Shown here piece by piece: positions 57,429 to 64,000 of a stretch of DNA of 64,000 nt; within the stretch, counting starts at the first letter, position 1; every line of letters starts with the position of its first letter. The translations under genes and the position numbers were made by a program. Location: assembly GCA_963819815.1 (NCBI GenBank), contig CAWFXL010000001.1:1216001-1280000 (forward strand), given 5' to 3'. Below the pieces are notes generated by a model, which was not told where the DNA came from, did not search any database, and saw nothing but the letters and a program-made list of their open reading frames with translations. Source of the DNA: an uncultured bacterium. GTDB lineage: Bacteria > Babelota > Babeliae > Babelales > Babelaceae.

Positions 57429-59882
57429 ATGCTCAAGGTAGCTTTCCAGGTACCATTCTCTTCTGAAAGCTGAGGTGCTAGAGTATCAGGTACAAACGTT
57501 ATGCTCGCAGCTTTGCTAATACCTTTAATAAGGGCACCATTCTTTTGTAGCTGCTGTCGTAATGCAGCATCTTGGCATCCGATTGTAAGCGTCGTTAAAT
57601 CTGTTTTTAAGGACAGCTGCTGTTCAGATTTGAGCTTTCTAACCATCGCTATAACGTCAATAATATGACCCATGATCTGAGCTGACTCAGGATAGTCAAA
57701 TGCTTTCTGATACGCAGCAAACTTGGTCATATGAAGAGAAGGGCTTGCAACTTCTTTTTGGTAGAGCTCTCCGTAGAGTGCTTCGGTAACATGCGGTACG
57801 AAAGGAGCATAAAGCTGCAAGATACGTAATCCTATATGAGAGAGTGTCCAACGGGTTGCTTGCACTTCCTCTTGGGGATAGGTATCAGGATTGAGTAGTT
57901 GATCCTTACTAATTTCTACGAAGTTATCACAAAAATCATGCCAGAAAAACTGTTCAATAGTTGCAAGTGCTAAGCTAAATTCATATTCCTCAAAGTACTG
58001 CTCATACTTTCTTTGGCAGGTACTCATACTGTTGAGTAACCATTCATTCGAGACACCAAGACTTTTGGGTGCTGGAGCCTTCAGAGAAACGCCTTGGATA
58101 TGAGGTTCAATAAATCTAAAAGCATTCCAGAGCTTAACGAGGAGTTTGAGTCCGATCTTTATCTGATTTTCTGAAAATGAGATATCATGGCCAAGCCCGC
58201 CTGATGCAGTCCAATAGCGTAGAGCATCTGCAGGATAGTGCTTTAAGAGCTGTTCGGGAGTTAAGGGGGTATTCCCTTGTGATTTTGAGATTTTCTCTTT
58301 TTGCGGAGATAGTACATGTCCTGATATAACAATAGTTTTCCAGGGGATCGACTCATTGTGAAGCCATGATTTAACGATAGTATCGAATGCCCAGGTTCGA
58401 ATAATATCATGAGCTTGTGGGCGCATAGTCATGGGAATAAAGCTTTGTGCCGATTCTTCAAAGATGCTGGGCGTTAAAGGCATACGCAAGCTTGCACAAA
58501 TGTAGGGTGTTAGGCTTGACGTATTCCAAGTATCCATAACATCTGTATCGGGCGCAAATGAGGTTCCTCCACACGAACAGGTACCCTGGAATGGAATTTC
58601 CTGGGGATCTATGGGCAGTTGGTCTTCTTGTGCAAGGACTACTTCTTTACACTGGGTACAATGCCATACGGGAAATGCTATCCCATAAAATCTTTGGCGC
58701 GAGAGGCACCAATCCCAGCTGATGTTTTCTACCCAATTTACGTATCGTGCTTTCATGAATGATGGGTACCACTCAACTTTTTCTCCTACCTGAATAAATG
58801 TTTCTTTGTGGGGCAATAGGGCGAGAAACCATTGTGGTAATACCAGATATTCGATCTCTTTTTTGCAGCGTTCATGAACATTGACCGTTTGCTTATGTGG
58901 CTGTTGTCTTCTAAGTGAGCCTTCTTTTTCAAGAAGTTCAAGAATAGCAGCTCGTGCTGCGGGAACGCGCATTCCTTCAAGAGGACCAGCTGCAGCACTA
59001 AGTTTACCATCAAGGCCGATGATCGGCTTATATTTAAAGTGATGTGTCTTAAACCAGATCACATCAGTCTTATCACCAAAAGTTGAGCACATTACGAGCC
59101 CCGTTCCCTTTTCAGGATTTACCAAAGGGTCAGCTATAAGGGGAACTTCGAACTTATAGTAAGGAACCGTCGCCTTCCTTCCTGCAAGATGCTGAAAGCG
59201 TGGATCGTCTGGATGATATAAAACGGCAGTTACGCGCAGCAAGTAATTCGGGTCTCGTCGTAGCAATGATAAGCTCATCACCATCTGCCGTGAAAACAAG
59301 GTCATTGAATGTTGTCTCTTTTTCAAGATCATCCAGTTCTGCTTGTGCAACCGTCGTGCGACAGGTGGTGCAATAGAGTGCCGGCTCATCCTTTCGATAG
59401 ATATGGCCTTTTTTGTAGAGCTTGATAAATGAAAGCTGTGAAATATAGCGCGACCGCTCATCAATTGTTGAGTAGCATGCTTTCCAGTCTACTGAGAGTC
59501 CGATGGAGCGCCATAAGGTTTCAAACTGTTTTTCTACCTCGGTTGTTTCCTTAAGACATAAAGCAATAAACTCTGAGCGCTTCAAGGAATATGCTTGTAC
59601 ATCAAGTTTTTTTTCAACGTATTTCTCGGTGGGAAGACCATTGTCGTCAAAACCAAAAGGATAGAAAACGCTATTGCCCTTCATCCGAGCATACCGTGCG
59701 ATTATATCGGTCTGTGTATAGGAAAACAGATGTCCAATATGTAAAGAACCAGAGACTGTAGGTGGGGGAGTATCGATCGAATATAAAGGCCCTGGATTAT
59801 TTTCAGTACTATATACCTTATGGGCTTCCCATAACTTTTGTGCTTCGGGTTCTGCTTTCAAATGATCGTAATTTTTTTCCAT
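57425..59882 (-). CDS. valS: Valine-tRNA ligase (short archaeal/Rickettsia type); one +1 frameshift at ~59234
   Basis: IDTPPPTVSGSLHIGH, DWCLSRQR, RPQAHDIIRTW, KISKS; removing one base gives 818 aa. Confidence 0.93.
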
Positions 59883-60052
59883 AGTATCTCAGATAGGGTA
59901 GGCGTTTTCGTATTCTTACTAAGGATATCGTACTGGGAGAATTTGACTAGCCATTCCAATTTCATTGCACAATTTGACAATAAAATTAGCAATGTTACAT
60001 TTATAAAAGTATTATGCGAAATAATAACCGTACCTAACAGAAAGATCGGACC

Positions 60053-60646
60053 ATGAATGCTAAACTATGTGCCTTGCTTTTAACTGTAGCAGCTGTTTCT
60101 TCGACATATTCGATGAATGACGTAAAGGCAATACCTGTTCCACCAACAAGCACCCATCCAAGCGAAAAATCAAATTTTATACTTGAGGATGAAGTAAAAA
60201 AGTTATTCTACCAACCTGCGGCCCTGCGAGAGTTGGCCGAGCCAAATAAGAGAGAGCTCTATAGAGCATGTCTGCAGCAAATTATTGAGAACCCTCAAAT
60301 GGTACATCAAGATATGCCCGACGCAATCAAGAAATTTCCTCTTTATGTGGCCATTCTTCACCTAGCTCAAGAACACGTATCCTGGGCTATGATCAGGGCT
60401 TTTGGCCTTGAAAGAGAGAAGAATGCTTTGGTACAAAAAGAAGCGGATCGTAATGTAGAGCGCAGTGTTGTATCGGAGCTAGAAAATGCTTACCAGGCCA
60501 AGTTCGACAAAAAATTGGCGGACTTTCCTAAAGATGCAGAGAATGAGCTCATTATTAGAGCTAGCACTGAAGCTGCTAAGGTGATGCTCAACTTTCTTGT
60601 GTCTATGCCACCGCTGACTTTATTTACAATTCGTGGATCTCATTGA
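60053..60646 (+). CDS. Secreted hypothetical protein, tandem paralogue 1
   Basis: Signal peptide; 197 aa; highly similar to 60823..61416. Confidence 0.8.
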   Translation: MNAKLCALLLTVAAVSSTYSMNDVKAIPVPPTSTHPSEKSNFILEDEVKKLFYQPAALRELAEPNKRELYRACLQQIIENPQMVHQDMPDAIKKFPLYVAILHLAQEHVSWAMIRAFGLEREKNALVQKEADRNVERSVVSELENAYQAKFDKKLADFPKDAENELIIRASTEAAKVMLNFLVSMPPLTLFTIRGSH

Positions 60647-60822
60647 TGGGTTAACGGGGAAACGATTTTTCGAAAGTTTGACTATCATGGGTTTGATTAG
60701 ATCTTTGCTTTGCCCTTTCCAATCCCATTGTACAATTTGACAATAAAGTTACTAGTGATACATCTATAGAAGTATTATGTGAATAATAATGGCTTTTACC
60801 TCAATACCGGAAAGAACGGTCT

Positions 60823-61416
60823 ATGAATACTAACATATGCGCATTGTTTTTAAGTATAGCAGTTGCTTCTTCGACATACTCGATGAATGACTTGAAAACG
60901 ATGCCTGTTCCACCAACGAGCACTCATCCAGCTGAACAATCCAATTTTACACTGGAGAACGAAGTAAGACAATTATTCTGCCAACATGCGGCGCTTGAAG
61001 AGTTGGCGAAGCCAAAGATGAGAGAGCTTTATAAAGCATGTCTGCAGCAAATTATCGAGAACCCTGCAATGGTTCATCAAGATATGCCCGACGCAATCAA
61101 GAAGTTTCCTCTTTATGTCGCCATTCTTCGCCTAGCTCAAGAACATGTAAGCTGGGCTATGATCAGGGCTTTTGGTCTTGAAAGAGAGAAGAATGAGTTG
61201 AGGCAAAAAGAAGCGGATCCTAGTGTAGAACGCAGTGTTGTAAGGGAACTAGAAAATGCTTACCAGGCCAAGTTCTCACAAAAATTGGAAGAGTTTCCTG
61301 AAGATGCAAAGAGTGAACTCGCTATTAGAGCTAGTACTGAAGCTGCGAAGAAGATGCTCGACTTTCTTGTGTCTATGCCTCCTCTAACGTTGGTACGAGT
61401 TCCTAGCTCTAACTAA
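60823..61416 (+). CDS. Secreted hypothetical protein, tandem paralogue 2
   Basis: Same length with long identical blocks (ACLQQIIENP, MVHQDMPDAIKKFPLYVAIL, AQEHVSWAMIRAFGLEREKN). Confidence 0.8.
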   Translation: MNTNICALFLSIAVASSTYSMNDLKTMPVPPTSTHPAEQSNFTLENEVRQLFCQHAALEELAKPKMRELYKACLQQIIENPAMVHQDMPDAIKKFPLYVAILRLAQEHVSWAMIRAFGLEREKNELRQKEADPSVERSVVRELENAYQAKFSQKLEEFPEDAKSELAIRASTEAAKKMLDFLVSMPPLTLVRVPSSN

Positions 61417-61687
61417 TGTAGAATTGCAGAGACATTTTAGAGTTTTGATCTAACTTATTTGATAAAGAAGAACAGAGAGGGGGTCCACCAAACCTCCTCT
61501 TTGATCTACTCTATAACGGAGTGATACAAAGGGCCGGCCCCCCTAGTCTGTATCTTGCTGTGTATAAGGTGATAAGAGCCTTTTTTAGACAATTTCTTGA
61601 CGATATAGTTGGTACTGTGCAGGCCTTATCTTGCCAAAATTTACTCTGAAAAATCAGCATGTGGCGCACTATTTGACTGTGATTTTT

Positions 61688-63217
61688 TCAGCATGGTTGC
61701 CCGGAGAAAAATTCAGTATACCCTGGATCTTGGTCACTCGGGATACGTATACTTGCGATAACTTGTGCTCTATCAGATAGTCCAGGCTCTGGAGTTCCCG
61801 ACCGTTTAAGTGAAACTAAAGGCGAATCTGAGGTAAGCTGAGAGCTTCTTTGGATTTTCCCAAGACTCATATGGGGCGGTTCTTCAGATGGATAGGTTCT
61901 TTTTGTTCCTTTAGGAAGGATAGCAATTACCGAATTATAGACCTCATCTATGAAACTATCATAGCCAGCTGGCTCTTCATACACAACAGTGACATATTTG
62001 CCGAAGATTTTAAGCTTATCCCATCTAAAAGGATGATCTTGAGAAAGGCTTGCTAATTTCGCCGTAACCATATCCAGACCGTTATGCTCAATCGCTTTTA
62101 AAGCAGTGCAAGCTTTCTGTTCATAACTTCGCTGATCACCACTTCCAAGAGGTATAGATACATAGGCAAGCGAAATATGCATATCCTTTTGGTCAACTAC
62201 CGAATCTAATGTTTCAGGTATCGATTGTGATATGGTATTCTGCAGAAGGGTATCGGCTAAGGCGCGTTGGGCTGCTCGATATGATGCTTTAGGCACGAGC
62301 TTAAGCACTACATGACCATAGACTATTCCGCCCTGATCCTTCAGAAACTGTATAATTTTTGGATGATCCTTCTTTTGTACCTTAGCTTGAATAGCTGAGG
62401 CTAGTGGTGTTATCATTTTTCGATCAGTTTTATTAATATCTGCTCCATTTCTTACGAGTAAATCAACCATCTCATAAAAACCGTCGCGCGCTGCAAATGA
62501 TAAAGGGGTGTTGCCATGAACATCAGCCTTATCGACATCGCAGCCTTTCTTGATGAGTAGTCTCATTAGGTAAGGGTAATCTGTACGTACTGCTTTGAGT
62601 AAGAGGCTGCTTCCAAACGTATCAAGTGCTCCAATCAACTCAGGGTGAGCAGCAAGAAGGGTTGCCACTGAACCAACATCTTGCCCCTCAATTGCTTTTA
62701 TAATGTTATTATACGGGGTCTTAAGCTGACCAAGATCTTTATACTCGATGAAGCGTATTTGCTGCGCACTGCTTGAGCTGCTCGTTGCTGATTGAGCCAC
62801 AGGAGCTTTTACTGGTGCTTGCCCTAACAGGAGGTTCACCATCTCCTCATTATTGCTACCTAACGCAAGAGACAAGGGTGTTTCATCCTTACTATTTTCC
62901 TGATCCGGATCTGCACCAAGCCCGATTAAAGTTTGAGCAACTTTTCTAATGTTCTTACTGACTGCATAGTGAAGAAGCGTATTATTACCAGAATCCATAA
63001 GACGAATCAGCTGTTTATGTGCAGCCAAGATCGGCTCTACAGCACTATTCTTCTGCGCAGGCGTAAGAGAGGCGTCATTCAATATTTCTCTAATCTTATT
63101 AAAACTATCTTTTGTAGGCCTTTGCGCAGACGACCAGGCTTGCATCGCCAGACTTTGCCCCACAAAGCTCCCCGTTGCTAAAACTGTAACAAGCAGGACC
63201 TTCAATTTCCATTTCAT
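61688..63217 (-). CDS. Secreted ankyrin-repeat protein with a C-terminal 2H phosphoesterase-like domain
   Basis: Signal peptide; NTLLHYAV, ETPLSLA, GNTPLSFAA, ITPLASA; HISL (H347) and HMSL (H449). Confidence 0.8.
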   Translation of the reverse strand: MKWKLKVLLVTVLATGSFVGQSLAMQAWSSAQRPTKDSFNKIREILNDASLTPAQKNSAVEPILAAHKQLIRLMDSGNNTLLHYAVSKNIRKVAQTLIGLGADPDQENSKDETPLSLALGSNNEEMVNLLLGQAPVKAPVAQSATSSSSSAQQIRFIEYKDLGQLKTPYNNIIKAIEGQDVGSVATLLAAHPELIGALDTFGSSLLLKAVRTDYPYLMRLLIKKGCDVDKADVHGNTPLSFAARDGFYEMVDLLVRNGADINKTDRKMITPLASAIQAKVQKKDHPKIIQFLKDQGGIVYGHVVLKLVPKASYRAAQRALADTLLQNTISQSIPETLDSVVDQKDMHISLAYVSIPLGSGDQRSYEQKACTALKAIEHNGLDMVTAKLASLSQDHPFRWDKLKIFGKYVTVVYEEPAGYDSFIDEVYNSVIAILPKGTKRTYPSEEPPHMSLGKIQRSSQLTSDSPLVSLKRSGTPEPGLSDRAQVIASIRIPSDQDPGYTEFFSGQPC

Positions 63218-63259
63218 ACAACAACTCCTCTATATTTAATTATGTCAGCCATTATAATT

Positions 63260-63289
63260 ATTATATAAAAATATGTTTCTATTTGTCAA
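63260..63289 (-). promoter_or_regulatory. Consensus sigma70 promoter of the ankyrin gene
   Basis: TTGACA-N18-TATAAT. Confidence 0.65.
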
Positions 63290-63668
63290 TGGATGCGGTG
63301 AGTTTCAGCCCCTCAGCTACATGCTTGTTGGGCGAAAAAGCAATTTAGGGGGAAGAGCTTGCGGGATTAGGGATGCATGAGCTTCTATTCACCTGCGTGA
63401 GATCCGGCATGAGGAATCTTCCCTCACTAAATCCTTGTTTTTAGGCTACCCGCTGCTCCTTGTGGTGTCTCTCCTGCAGGGAATTCCAGAGACAACACTT
63501 ACATCGTAACCGGTTACCGTTCAAACTCGTCGGAGTGACTAGATGCTTCTTTCTGCTACTGTGCAAGGAAGGAATTTCCTTTTCTAAGAAGTATGCTATA
63601 CTTTCCTCATAGACGAGCCAGATGCAGTTTTCTATGTTTTGCATCGTAGGATGTAACTGAATATCTTC

Positions 63669-64000
63669 ATGAAAAAAACTCTGTACACCTTCCTTTTTTT
63701 CGGTCTGATGATTGTTTCGCTTGATGGGCGCCATCCTTTTCGTCGTGACGCACGGACTACGTCAGGTCAAATTGAGGGACATGTGAAGCGTCCTGGAGAA
63801 CGAAAAGGGTACGCACGTCCACTAAATTCTCAAAAAAAGAATATCCTTATATTCTCATGTGCGGGTGGTGGTGGCCATATGTCGGTGGCCAATGGTTTAT
63901 GTACGTACTTAAAAGAGCATGATATAACCGTTTTAGATACTATGAGAACTATCTATGCACCAGTAGATACTCTTGGCACTATGACATTTGGTAAAGTTGA
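63669..64000 (+). CDS. MGDG synthase / GT28-like glycosyltransferase, 5' part (runs off the window)
   Basis: MKKTLYTFLFFGLMIVS...KKNILIFSCAGGGGHMSVANGL; frame open to the window end. Confidence 0.75.
   Translation, partial: MKKTLYTFLFFGLMIVSLDGRHPFRRDARTTSGQIEGHVKRPGERKGYARPLNSQKKNILIFSCAGGGGHMSVANGLCTYLKEHDITVLDTMRTIYAPVDTLGTMTFGKV

Overview
A 64 kb chromosomal window from an AT-rich bacterium. The gene repertoire suggests Candidatus Dependentiae/Babelota (TM6), intracellular parasites of protists; this is inferred, not shown. Housekeeping genes are atpD, lon, murJ, tRNA-fMet, acpS, radA, tdk, trmH, ybeY and valS, plus a GspF-G-H-I-J-K pseudopilin cluster and an MCE gene. Between them lie many signal-peptide-bearing orphan genes. 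Read by motif, these look like a secreted effector set. (i) A tandem pair of ~780-aa papain-like proteins: the Cys motif (WSCGYR) and His/Asp motif are ~600 aa apart, and one copy lacks exactly the catalytic Cys. (ii) A signal-peptide-bearing homologue of mitochondrial ATAD3. (iii) An ankyrin-2H phosphoesterase fusion. (iv) A caspase-fold HG...SC protein. (v) A 9-gene array of duplicated and shuffled small secreted proteins, most with paired Cys, coupled to an lnt-like gene. Two accessory genes sit between direct duplications of neighbouring DNA. The seven +1 frameshifts found (atpD x4, lnt-like, a Cys-repeat gene, valS) each read as both alleles of a synonymous wobble SNP, so they are probably strain-mixture assembly artefacts. 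No CRISPR array, rRNA, transposase, integrase or reverse transcriptase was seen.
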